Source: an uncultured Spirochaetaceae bacterium | GTDB taxonomy: Bacteria > Spirochaetota > Spirochaetia > DSM-27196 > SLST01 | Reading direction: 5' to 3' | DNA length: 64,000 nt | Assembly: GCA_964458555.1 (NCBI GenBank) | Contig: CAYWJH010000004.1 | Location: 12,379 to 76,378 of the forward strand | Part shown: positions 55,229 through 63,148 of the stretch, piece after piece | How the letters are laid out: each line of letters opens with the position of its first letter | How positions within the stretch are numbered: position 1 is the first letter of the stretch | Notes under the pieces: model-generated | What the model saw: the letters and a program-made list of their open reading frames with translations, nothing else | Database searches by the model: none | Told to the model about the DNA's origin: nothing | Program-made: the position numbers and the translations under genes

Positions 55229-56689
55229 TTGGAAACATATAAGGATGAACCGACGACGGGAACGGTAGCTTCGAAACGAGAATTCCCCAGCATCCATTTC
55301 TACGATCAGGACTTCGTTGACGTGTACAATCAGACGTGGGCCTGGTCGTACGAGTTCTGGCGCAAGCCGTCGTCGAAGAGCAAGCTCAGCCACGCCTTCT
55401 TCGCGCATCCGGACGCCGAGACGCTCGGTCAGTTCGAATCGATCATGTCCACGTTCTTTCTCGTGTACAGCAACCGGATCTACCCTGCAGGGTCGCAGCT
55501 CGACAACTTCTACGCGCTGCAGGAAGAAGACGGGGCGATCCGCGGTACGTACGGAATCAATGACGGCAAACCGCGCTTCACGAAGGACAACCCGAATGGC
55601 GCCGAACCGCCGCTGTTCTCCTGGGCCGAATACAACATCTACCACAAGATAGGCAACAAGAAGCGCATCCGCGACGTCATGCCGGTGCTCGAGAGGTACT
55701 TCGCCTGGCTCGAAGAGACGTACAAGGACGATTCGGGTCTCTACGCCGTGCCCATGGCGGCAACGATCATGACGAACTCGCCGCGCAAGGGCGCGCACTA
55801 TCCGATCGACTTCAACGCGCAACAGGCGCTGAACGCGCTCTACATGGCGCAGCTGGGCGAGATCCTCAACGACAAAGAGGTCAGCTTCAGGTACAATCGG
55901 CACTTTTTCTCGCTGAAGACCCGTATCAACAATCTGATGTGGAACGATGACGACGGGTTCTACTACGACCTCGACCGGAAGCAGGAACAGGTACGGGTCA
56001 AGTCGCTCGCGAGCTTCTGGCCGTTGCTGGCCGAGTTGCCGAACGAAGACAGGTCCGAGAGGCTGATGGCGCACCTGAGCGATCCCGAGACCTTCGGGAT
56101 CGAGAACCCGTTTCCGACCCTCGCCGCGAACGAAGAGCAGTTCTCCGAACGCGGCACCGGCTACCGGGGTTCGGTGCTCTCGCCGTTCACCTTCATGGTC
56201 ATCAAGGGGCTCGAAAAGTACGGCAAGTACGAGTTCGCGCGGGAGTGCGCGATCCGCCACCTCTACTACATCCTGGACACGCTCCACCCGGAGGGCAAGG
56301 AGAAGGGACGGTTGTGGGAGGCGTACCTGCCGCGCAAGGACGGCGCCGCGCAGTGGCCCGGCAAGAAGGACTGGCCGCGCGCGCACAACCTCTCCTACGC
56401 CGGGCTTGCGACGATCGCGCTGATGATCGAGAACATCATCGGACTGTACGTCAGCCTGCCGCGAAAGACCGTCGACTGGATCGTGCCCACGCTCGAGATC
56501 ATGGGGATCGAAAACCTGTCGCTCAAGCGCAACATGATCACCATCCTCTCGAACAAGAGCGGCCGCGGTTGGGAGATCCGACTCGAGAGCGAGAAGCTGT
56601 ACTACTTCACGATCGACGTGCTGGGCAAGAAGCGCAAGACGCTGCCGATCCCGTCGGGTAAGTGCAGTATGCTCATAGACAAGCTGTAG
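55229..56689 (+). CDS. Six-hairpin (alpha/alpha)6 glycoside hydrolase, GH63/GH37/MGH1-like
   Basis: 486 aa. ..PPLFSWAEYNIY.., ..FNAQQALNALYMAQL.., ..FWPLLAE.., ..YRGSVLSPFTFMVIKGL.., ..LWEAY... Assigned at fold level only. TTG start. GC lower than the flanks. Confidence 0.65.
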   Translation: METYKDEPTTGTVASKREFPSIHFYDQDFVDVYNQTWAWSYEFWRKPSSKSKLSHAFFAHPDAETLGQFESIMSTFFLVYSNRIYPAGSQLDNFYALQEEDGAIRGTYGINDGKPRFTKDNPNGAEPPLFSWAEYNIYHKIGNKKRIRDVMPVLERYFAWLEETYKDDSGLYAVPMAATIMTNSPRKGAHYPIDFNAQQALNALYMAQLGEILNDKEVSFRYNRHFFSLKTRINNLMWNDDDGFYYDLDRKQEQVRVKSLASFWPLLAELPNEDRSERLMAHLSDPETFGIENPFPTLAANEEQFSERGTGYRGSVLSPFTFMVIKGLEKYGKYEFARECAIRHLYYILDTLHPEGKEKGRLWEAYLPRKDGAAQWPGKKDWPRAHNLSYAGLATIALMIENIIGLYVSLPRKTVDWIVPTLEIMGIENLSLKRNMITILSNKSGRGWEIRLESEKLYYFTIDVLGKKRKTLPIPSGKCSMLIDKL

Positions 56690-56704
56690 CTTGTCTATGA
56701 GCAT
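56669..56704. repeat. Perfect 16-bp inverted repeat with 4-nt loop spanning the GH gene stop codon
   Basis: ATGCTCATAGACAAGC tgta GCTTGTCTATGAGCAT (arms 56669-56684 and 56689-56704). TAG stop at 56687-56689. Followed by GGCCGACGGCC, with no T-tract. Confidence 0.85.
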
Positions 56705-56745
56705 CGGCCGACGGCCTGGCACGTGGCTTGACCGACCGCGCATTG

Positions 56746-56766
56746 CATGACAAATTATTTGACATG
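56746..56766. promoter_or_regulatory. Imperfect palindrome overlapping the antitoxin start codon (candidate TA operator)
   Basis: CATGACAAAT t ATTTGACATG has one mismatched pair and ends in ATG 56764-56766. AT-rich, with TTGACA-like hexamers. Confidence 0.4.
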
Positions 56767-56991
56767 AAAACGAACGTCAGCGGTCTGTTGCGCGACTTTC
56801 CGCGCGTGCGGCGGGCCGCGCTCGCCGGCGAGGAAGTGGTCGTGGAGACGCGCGAGGGTAACCTCATCATCGTAGCGGAGCACCCCCCCGCGGGCGACCT
56901 CTACGGCTCCATGCGGGACGAGATCGACGCGTCGGAAGACGACATCGATACGCCCACCCTCCCAGCATCCGACTGGAATCCGTCGCTGTGA
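56764..56991 (+). CDS. Type II antitoxin (Phd/YefM-like or VapB-like)
   Basis: MKTNVSGLLRDFPRVRRAALAGEEVVVETREGNLIIV.. followed by an acidic tail. The track start is TTG 56728, and ATG 56764 is preferred. The TGA overlaps the GTG of the downstream PIN gene (GTGA). Confidence 0.7.
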   Translation: MKTNVSGLLRDFPRVRRAALAGEEVVVETREGNLIIVAEHPPAGDLYGSMRDEIDASEDDIDTPTLPASDWNPSL

Positions 56992-57374
56992 AGCTGCTCC
57001 TCGACACGCACGCGGCGCTGTGGCTCGTCCAGGGAGACGCGCGGCTGAGCGAAGAGGCGCTCGCACGCGTCCGCGTGGCTCATCGGGACGAGTTGTTCGT
57101 CTCGGACATGCTCCTGCTCGAGCTCTCGATGCTGATTCGGAAGGACCGGGTGCGGGTGCGCTCGTCGGCGCTCGACTTCGTCACCCGACTCGCCGCCCGG
57201 TTCCAAGTGGCGCCCATGAACGAAGCAATCGCGGTCCAGGCGATGGAGCTGCAACTGCCCCAGGGAGACCCGTTCGACCGGGTTTTCGTCGCGACCGCGC
57301 TCGAGCTCGAGGCCGATCTCCTGACGCGCGACGCCGCCATCACCGAGTCCGGGCTCGTCCCGGTCGTGTGGTAA
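56988..57374 (+). CDS. vapC: PIN-domain toxin (VapC family)
   Basis: 128 aa. LLLDTHAALW, LLLELSML, GDPFDRVFVATA, LLTRD: the four acidic PIN positions are in the expected order. Confidence 0.85.
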   Translation: MKLLLDTHAALWLVQGDARLSEEALARVRVAHRDELFVSDMLLLELSMLIRKDRVRVRSSALDFVTRLAARFQVAPMNEAIAVQAMELQLPQGDPFDRVFVATALELEADLLTRDAAITESGLVPVVW

Positions 57375-57407
57375 CGGCGGACTGTCGGGCACGGCGACGA
57401 GGGGGGC

Positions 57408-58568
57408 TCACCGGCGCTCGACGAGAAACAGGTGCTCGGTCACCCGAACCGGCCGCGAGCCGATGTTCCGGCTGCCGCGGAACACGGTATAGGGGATGTC
57501 GAGCGCGTCCACTCGCCCCGCCCGCTCGAGCATTGCCACCATCTCCTCGTACGACACGAAGCCCTCGTTGTTGTACGACACGAGGAGGAACTTCGCCGGG
57601 ACCCGCTCAAAGAGGTCCCGCAGCAACACCGCCGCCCGGCGGCGCGAGTTGTAGCCGGAGCGCGTCCACGCCGTGGGTATCCCGGATACGGTGCTGATCT
57701 CCCGCGGACGCTCGTAGCCCACGAGCAGGTTGAGCATGAAGTAGTTCGAGCCGTAGGGGTGCTGGTTGTAGGGAGGGTCGATGTACGCAAGGTCGATCTC
57801 CGGCAGCCGTCCGGCGACCGCGTTCGCGTCCTCCTGGAAGACCGCGACCTCGCACTCGTGGCCGCTCAGCACGGGCGCCTCGATCTCGATGGTGCCTGTG
57901 ATGCGCGCGAGCGCGTCCGCCCCGCTCCCGCCGAATCGCCCCAGACCCGTGCGTCGGTCCTTGTAGAACCCCTTGAACACACCGGCGGTATTCGCGCGGA
58001 TCGATGCCTGGCTCAGGAGCGGTCCGAGCAGGAGCTCGCGCGACACGGGATCGAGATCGTCGAGCCGGCGCCGGTAGTCGTCGAGGCGCCGGGCGTTTTC
58101 GCGGGTGTAGAAGACCCGGTCGCTCGCCGTGATGTGGGACTCGTCGCGCGGCGCGTAGAGCTCGGCGATGAACCCCGGGTCGAGCGGCTCCGTCCCGACG
58201 AGCCGATTGAGCTCGTCCACGCACGCCCGGAGCGCCGGCTCGTCGACCGTACTGCGATTACGCAGGAAGCTCCGCGCCGCCGCGGCGGCGAACGCCTCGA
58301 GGTCGTTCGCGACGAGGTGCGACGCGTGCGCCTTCAAAAGCCGCGCGACGACCCCGGACCCGGTGAACGCGTCGAGCACGCGCAGAGGCCGACCGCCGAG
58401 CCGCCTTCGCACGCGCACGACCGCCTGCTCGATGGGCGCGGCCAGCGCGCGCTTGTTCCCGATACACGTGATGAGCTGCCGCGAGCGGTACGCCGACTCG
58501 TCGATCGGGCTGGCGGCCGGCGGATCGGGAGGTGGGTCCCACAGGGAAAGCTGTTCGGGTTCAGGCAC
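57408..58568 (-). CDS. DNA adenine methyltransferase, D12 (Dam-like, alpha) class
   Basis: 386 aa. N-terminal ..TCIGNKRAL.., SAM motif LDAFTGSGVV, catalytic AYIDPPYN ~185 aa later. GTG start overlaps the preceding small ORF stop (GTGCCTGA). Confidence 0.8.
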   Translation of the reverse strand: MPEPEQLSLWDPPPDPPAASPIDESAYRSRQLITCIGNKRALAAPIEQAVVRVRRRLGGRPLRVLDAFTGSGVVARLLKAHASHLVANDLEAFAAAAARSFLRNRSTVDEPALRACVDELNRLVGTEPLDPGFIAELYAPRDESHITASDRVFYTRENARRLDDYRRRLDDLDPVSRELLLGPLLSQASIRANTAGVFKGFYKDRRTGLGRFGGSGADALARITGTIEIEAPVLSGHECEVAVFQEDANAVAGRLPEIDLAYIDPPYNQHPYGSNYFMLNLLVGYERPREISTVSGIPTAWTRSGYNSRRRAAVLLRDLFERVPAKFLLVSYNNEGFVSYEEMVAMLERAGRVDALDIPYTVFRGSRNIGSRPVRVTEHLFLVERR

Positions 58569-58707
58569 GGGTCCCGCCGGGCGACGGCGCGCGCAGCGCG
58601 GCGATAGAGACGGCGGCGAGCCCGATACCCACCGAAGCCGCGACGATTGCCAGCGCTGCAGTAACGATCCAGAGCACCCGGTTTGTCGTCAAAGAAGGCT
58701 CACCCAT
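58561..58707 (-). CDS. Possible 48-aa single-TM peptide bridging nudC and the methyltransferase
   Basis: ATG 58707: MGEPSLTTNRVLWIVTAALAIVAASVGIGLAAVSIAALRAPSPGGTRA*. It overlaps the nudC 3' end by 8 nt and the methylase start by 8 nt, filling an otherwise empty 131-bp gap. No homology evidence. Confidence 0.4.
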   Translation of the reverse strand: MGEPSLTTNRVLWIVTAALAIVAASVGIGLAAVSIAALRAPSPGGTRA

Positions 58708-59689
58708 ACGTCTTCCGAAACCAGTTGATGATCCGCCCCGAAATGCTGACCTCACCGGGAACGTTGGGCATCTCGTCGGTCGAGTACCAGTCGGCGTGGA
58801 TGATCTCCGCCGGATCCGGGGAGAGCTCGCCCGACTCGTACTCCGCGGTGAAACCGAGCATGAGCGAGTGCGGGAATGGCCACGGCTGGCTCGCGAAGTA
58901 GCGGATGTTTCGAACGGAAATCCCCACCTCCTCGTAGACCTCGCGGCGCACGCACTCTTCGGCGGTCTCGCCGGGCTCGAGAAAGCCGGCGAGGATGCTG
59001 TGGAAGCGGCCGCGGAACCGCGGCGACTGGCCGAGGAGCAGCTTCCCGTCGCGCACCACCCCCACGATCATCGCCGGCGCGAGCCGCGGGTACTGCGTGA
59101 GCCCGCACGCCGGGCAGCGCTTCACGCCCTCGGTTTCGGAAGGCTCGGTGGGCGTCGCGCAGCGCGGGCAGTAGCGGGTCGTATCGTCCCAGTCGACGAC
59201 CTGGATCGCGCGGCCGACGAGCGCGAGCTCGTCGTCGCCGATCGTGCCGTAGAGCTCGCGGTAGCCAATCTCTTCGGCCGCGCCGGGGGCCGACTGCGCG
59301 TCGGAGGCGGCACCGGGCCGGACGAGCGATCCGGGCGACTCGAGCCCGCGCACCGAGAGCGCGTAGACCGGTTCGCCCTGGTAGTCGGCGATGAGGTGGA
59401 GCGCGCCTCCGGTCGCCGGGAGCGCGGTCGCCGCGGGCGCGGCCGCCGAGCAGGCGATCTCGCGCAGGCGAAGGAATCGGTAGAGCGTGCCACCGGGGGC
59501 GTCCGCGCTCGGCGGGGCGTCGGGGGCAGGAAGCGCCGCGACGAGGACGCCCGCGTCGCCGACCGGCAGGACCGGACCGTCGGGAAGCGCGGCCGGGTCG
59601 ATCGGCGGCTCGTGGCGGCCGTAGCGCACGTGCGGGTCGGGGCGGTGCGCCTGCCGGCCGGAGCCGCCGTTGCGGTCGGAACCGCTCAC
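58700..59689 (-). CDS. nudC: NADH pyrophosphatase NudC (zinc ribbon + Nudix)
   Basis: 3' third of track ORF 58700-60523. CPRCATPTE..CPACG zinc ribbon, Nudix box AGFLEPGETAEECVRREVYEEVGI, NudC motif SQPWPFPHSLMLGF. The GTG 59689 start overlaps the SDR TGA (GTGA). A later start is possible. Confidence 0.8.
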   Translation of the reverse strand: MSGSDRNGGSGRQAHRPDPHVRYGRHEPPIDPAALPDGPVLPVGDAGVLVAALPAPDAPPSADAPGGTLYRFLRLREIACSAAAPAATALPATGGALHLIADYQGEPVYALSVRGLESPGSLVRPGAASDAQSAPGAAEEIGYRELYGTIGDDELALVGRAIQVVDWDDTTRYCPRCATPTEPSETEGVKRCPACGLTQYPRLAPAMIVGVVRDGKLLLGQSPRFRGRFHSILAGFLEPGETAEECVRREVYEEVGISVRNIRYFASQPWPFPHSLMLGFTAEYESGELSPDPAEIIHADWYSTDEMPNVPGEVSISGRIINWFRKTYG

Positions 59690-60489
59690 GTGCGCGCCGC
59701 CTTCGGCAGGATGCGCCAGAGGATACCGGGGGCGAGCGCTCGCAGCGCGAGCGCGAGCCGGAGCTTCGGCGTCATGGAGACGAAAAACTCGCGCCGGCGC
59801 TTCGCGACCGCGCGGAGGATCGCCTGCGCGCACGCGGCTGCCGAATGCCCTTCGGCCTGGTTGGCGTCCATCACGCCGTGCTCGCCGCCGGTCTCGTCGA
59901 CCGCGTGCGTGCTGATTTCGGTCTTCACGTACCCGGGCACCGCGAGGCTGATCGCGATCCCGCGCGGCTCGAGCTCGCCGCGCATCGCGTCGAACAGGCC
60001 GTGCAGCCCCGCCTTCGCCGCGGCGTACGCGGTTCGGCGCGGCGGAGGCACCTTCGCGGCGAGGCTCGTCACGGTCACGAGGTGGCCCGAGCCCTGCGCG
60101 ACCATGCGCGAGGCGACCGCGTGCGACAGACGCATCGTCGCGAGCAGGTCGATCTCGATCACGCGCTCGAGCGTCGCCGGGTCGGCGTCCACGAAGCTCG
60201 ACCGCTGGCTGATCCCCGCGTTGTTCACCAGCACGTCGATCCCGCCCAGCTGGTCCCACGCGCGCGTGACCGCCTCGCCGAGCGACGCGCGGTCGGCGAG
60301 GTCGAGCGGGAGCACGGAGACCGATGGATAGGTCTGCGCGAGCGCGTCGAGCGGGCCGGTACGGCGGGCGCTCGCGAGCGTTGAGACGCCGGCCGCGCCG
60401 AGCGCGTCGGCAATCGCCGCGCCGATGCCCGAGCTCGCGCCGGTCACCCAGACTCGTTTGCCCTCGAAGTACCTTCTCCAGTCGGCCAT
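59686..60489 (-). CDS. Short-chain dehydrogenase/reductase (classical SDR)
   Basis: ATG 60489: MADWRRYFEGKRVWVTGASSGIGAAIA (TGxxxGxG), NNAG, YAAAK (YxxxK). 267 aa. The start overlaps the AAA+ gene TGA (ATGA). Confidence 0.88.
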   Translation of the reverse strand: MADWRRYFEGKRVWVTGASSGIGAAIADALGAAGVSTLASARRTGPLDALAQTYPSVSVLPLDLADRASLGEAVTRAWDQLGGIDVLVNNAGISQRSSFVDADPATLERVIEIDLLATMRLSHAVASRMVAQGSGHLVTVTSLAAKVPPPRRTAYAAAKAGLHGLFDAMRGELEPRGIAISLAVPGYVKTEISTHAVDETGGEHGVMDANQAEGHSAAACAQAILRAVAKRRREFFVSMTPKLRLALALRALAPGILWRILPKAART

Positions 60490-62381
60490 CACTGCTCCTC
60501 GAAATCCTCGGCCGGCGGAACATCGGCCTTGGTCAGAGAACAGAGCACGTTGTCGGTGAGCGGCGAGATCCGCGCGATGCGGTTCGCCTGGCGCTCGACC
60601 ATCCGCTCGAAGAGGTTGCGCACGAACCGGCCGTTGCCGAAGCTTTTGTCGCGGCGCTCGTGGAAGTCGGTGAGCAGACGCAGGATCGCCTTGCGCGCCG
60701 GGCCGGTGAGCGTGAACGAGGCGTTCTTCATGAAGAGGTCGAAGATCTTGAGCAGTTGCTCGGGCTCGTAGTGGTCGAAGTAGTAGAAGCGGTTGAAACG
60801 GCTCTTGAGTCCCGGATTCGAGTTGATGAACTCGCGCATCTCGTCCGGGTAGCCGGCGACGATCACCGCGAGCCGATCGCGATTGTCCTCCATGCGCTTG
60901 AGCAGCGTGTCGATCGCCTCCTGGCCGAAGTCCTTGTCGCCCTTGTTCATCGCGAGCGTGTACGCCTCGTCGATGAAGAGTACCCCGTCCATCGCCTCCT
61001 GCGTGACCTCTTCGATCTTGATCGCCGTCTGCCCGACGTAGCCGGCGACGAGCCCCGCCCGGTCGGTCTCCACGAGGTGGCCCTCGTCGAGGAGCCCCAG
61101 ACATCGGTACACCTTGCCCAACAGCCGCGCGATCGTCGTCTTGCCCGTGCCCGGCGGACCGTAGAAGACCGCGTGCAGGCTCGTGGGCGTCACCGGCAGG
61201 CCGCGCTTCTCGCGCTCCTGCTGCACCTTGATGAGGTTGACGAAGGTCTTGATCTGCTCCTTGATCTTGTCCATGCCGATCAGGTCGTCGATCTTCGCCA
61301 TGACCTCCTCGAGGCTCTCCTCCGGCTCCTTCTCGCGCTCCTTCTTCTTGACCGCCTTCTTCTCTTTCTTCTCGCCCTCGGCGGCCTCCGCCGCCGCGTC
61401 GCCGTAGATGAGCGTGCGGATCTTCTTGAGCGTACCTTCGCGTTGCGGATTGACCTCGCCGTCGGCCTTGATCGCGATCTGCGCGAAGCTGTTGTACGTG
61501 GCGGCGACGCGGTCGAAGTGCTTGGTGTTCTCGTTCTCGTCGTAGAGTTTGAGGTAATTGAGGCTCTTCAGCGACCCGTTCTGCTTCGAGCGGGCGACCT
61601 TCTGAATCTCGTTGTTGAAGCTGTGCCACTGTCCGAGGATCGCCTTGCGGTGATGCAGCGGCAGCGAGTCGTACCGGAAGATGTCCTCCACGAGCTTGCG
61701 ATCGTTGACGATACGCTGGCGCAGCGGCATGAAGACCATCGCGATGAACAGCCGCGCCTCTTCCGGCACCTCCGGCTCCTCGCGGATCGCGATGTTCGTG
61801 AGCACGAGCAGGTCGTCGACCATCTGCTTCATGAACGTCGGCTCGTCGTTGAACTGCTTGTACTCGTTGACGCCCACGAAGATCTTCTTCGCTTCCTGAT
61901 GGAGGAAGTTGAGGTTGGCGAGCCGATCTTCGGCCCCGCCGGGCTCCTGCCCTACTTCCGCGACCGGCCCCTCGACCTTCTGCTGGAGGTTCGCGATGAA
62001 CGAGTTGACCTGGTTGACCTTTGTGACCGCGGTGAGCGTTACCTCACCCTCGACGAGCCGGATCGTGATCCGCGTCGACGAGTAGCCGCGCTTGGTCTCC
62101 ACCGAGAGGACGTTCTCGTAGTCGAGCGCCTCCGGCGGCTTCTTGCTCTTGCCGGAGATGAGAAAGAGGATGCGCCGATCGGTCGTGCAGAGCAGCCCCG
62201 GCGCGCCCGACCCGGTGCCGGTCACCCCAATCCCCTGGTAGAAGCCCTCGAGCACGTTCTCCACGCTCTCGGCCTCCTCGAGGTTGCGCTCGAGGGTGCT
62301 CTGGATGTTCTTCTTGAACGATACGTGCGTCCAATTGGGGATCTCCCGGAGCTCAGACTCCAGGTCCCGTACGGCAGGCAT
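60489..62381 (-). CDS. AAA+ ATPase of the CbbX/SpoVK type with N-terminal bacterial-PH-like and TerB-like regions
   Basis: 630 aa. C-terminal [51 protein letters not shown] (CbbX/SpoVK hallmarks). N-terminal ..LLCTTDRRILFLISGK..LSVETKRGYSSTRITIRL.. is bPH/YokE-like. Middle ..AQIAIKADGEVNPQREGTLKKI.. is TerB-like. Confidence 0.85.
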   Translation of the reverse strand: MPAVRDLESELREIPNWTHVSFKKNIQSTLERNLEEAESVENVLEGFYQGIGVTGTGSGAPGLLCTTDRRILFLISGKSKKPPEALDYENVLSVETKRGYSSTRITIRLVEGEVTLTAVTKVNQVNSFIANLQQKVEGPVAEVGQEPGGAEDRLANLNFLHQEAKKIFVGVNEYKQFNDEPTFMKQMVDDLLVLTNIAIREEPEVPEEARLFIAMVFMPLRQRIVNDRKLVEDIFRYDSLPLHHRKAILGQWHSFNNEIQKVARSKQNGSLKSLNYLKLYDENENTKHFDRVAATYNSFAQIAIKADGEVNPQREGTLKKIRTLIYGDAAAEAAEGEKKEKKAVKKKEREKEPEESLEEVMAKIDDLIGMDKIKEQIKTFVNLIKVQQEREKRGLPVTPTSLHAVFYGPPGTGKTTIARLLGKVYRCLGLLDEGHLVETDRAGLVAGYVGQTAIKIEEVTQEAMDGVLFIDEAYTLAMNKGDKDFGQEAIDTLLKRMEDNRDRLAVIVAGYPDEMREFINSNPGLKSRFNRFYYFDHYEPEQLLKIFDLFMKNASFTLTGPARKAILRLLTDFHERRDKSFGNGRFVRNLFERMVERQANRIARISPLTDNVLCSLTKADVPPAEDFEEQ

Positions 62382-62455
62382 ACCCGTACTTAATCACGGA
62401 TGGGCCGATTTTTCCAGCGGGGTGGGCACGGACCTCACCGCTCCGGCCCGCGCGG

Positions 62456-63061
62456 TCAGGATCGCGTCCGCACGCGGACCCGCGGCAAGGTGAACGAGAA
62501 CACCGCAGAGCCCACGCCAAAGAAGGCTGCGACGGTGAACAGCGTCTCCATACCCAGGCGCTCCCAGAGGATTCCACCCGCAATCGCGATGACGATGGAG
62601 ATCAAGTGATCCACCGAGATGCCCGTGCGGATGAAGATCCGCGGCCGCCGAACCGAGCGCTGCGTCGCGGCTACGCGGAAGGAGAGCGCGATCCCCACGG
62701 TCGTGAGGATCGCGGCGAGCAGGAAGGCGAGCTGGAATGGGCCGAAGAGCACGAGCAGCAACAACCCCCCGGTGGAGATCACGAAGGCGGTGCGCAGCAT
62801 GCGCTTCTCGGTGAAGTGGTGCATGAGCCCGACGAGTACGAAGAGCAGGAGCCCCGGTAGCTCGCGCGGGAACTCGACGATGCCGCGCCCCACCCGGTCG
62901 ATCGCGAGGATCTCGTAGAGGTAGTTGTTGAGGACCCCCGTGAAGATCCCGACGGCCACTCCGAAGAGAAGCATGAGGGTGAGAAACGCACCGATCGTGT
63001 CGTCTTCGTAGACCGACCGGACGCGGTTGATCAATGTGCGCATAGGCTTGGCGGAGACCAT
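62456..63061 (-). CDS. Six-TM membrane protein, half-MFS-like
   Basis: 201 aa with six hydrophobic helices. The DRVGRG loop resembles MFS motif A. Family not established. Confidence 0.45.
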   Translation of the reverse strand: MVSAKPMRTLINRVRSVYEDDTIGAFLTLMLLFGVAVGIFTGVLNNYLYEILAIDRVGRGIVEFPRELPGLLLFVLVGLMHHFTEKRMLRTAFVISTGGLLLLVLFGPFQLAFLLAAILTTVGIALSFRVAATQRSVRRPRIFIRTGISVDHLISIVIAIAGGILWERLGMETLFTVAAFFGVGSAVFSFTLPRVRVRTRS

Positions 63062-63148
63062 AGCAGAGTTGGGAGCGCGGGGGAATAGCAGTCCGCAGCG
63101 GCCGACGCTGGATGACGCGGGGACGGGTACGTAGTAGGTTGACCACCC

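Noticed and set aside
59690-61629. Long 5' extensions of track ORFs 58700-60523 and 59686-61629
   Set aside because: The extensions are Arg/Gly/Pro-rich and overlap the real SDR and AAA+ genes in other frames. Family-like sequence begins at GTG 59689 (nudC) and ATG 60489 (SDR), each overlapping the upstream stop.
60324-62393. 689-aa plus-strand ORF (likewise 58532-60331, 53106-55148, 21633-23444, 15951-17780, 13405-14895)
   Set aside because: All are antisense shadows of well-supported minus-strand genes (AAA+ ATPase, SDR/nudC, gatA, NDH-2/polyprenyl synthase, ftsH, MutS-like). Their composition is dominated by Arg, Asp, Glu, Leu, Val and Ala with no motifs.
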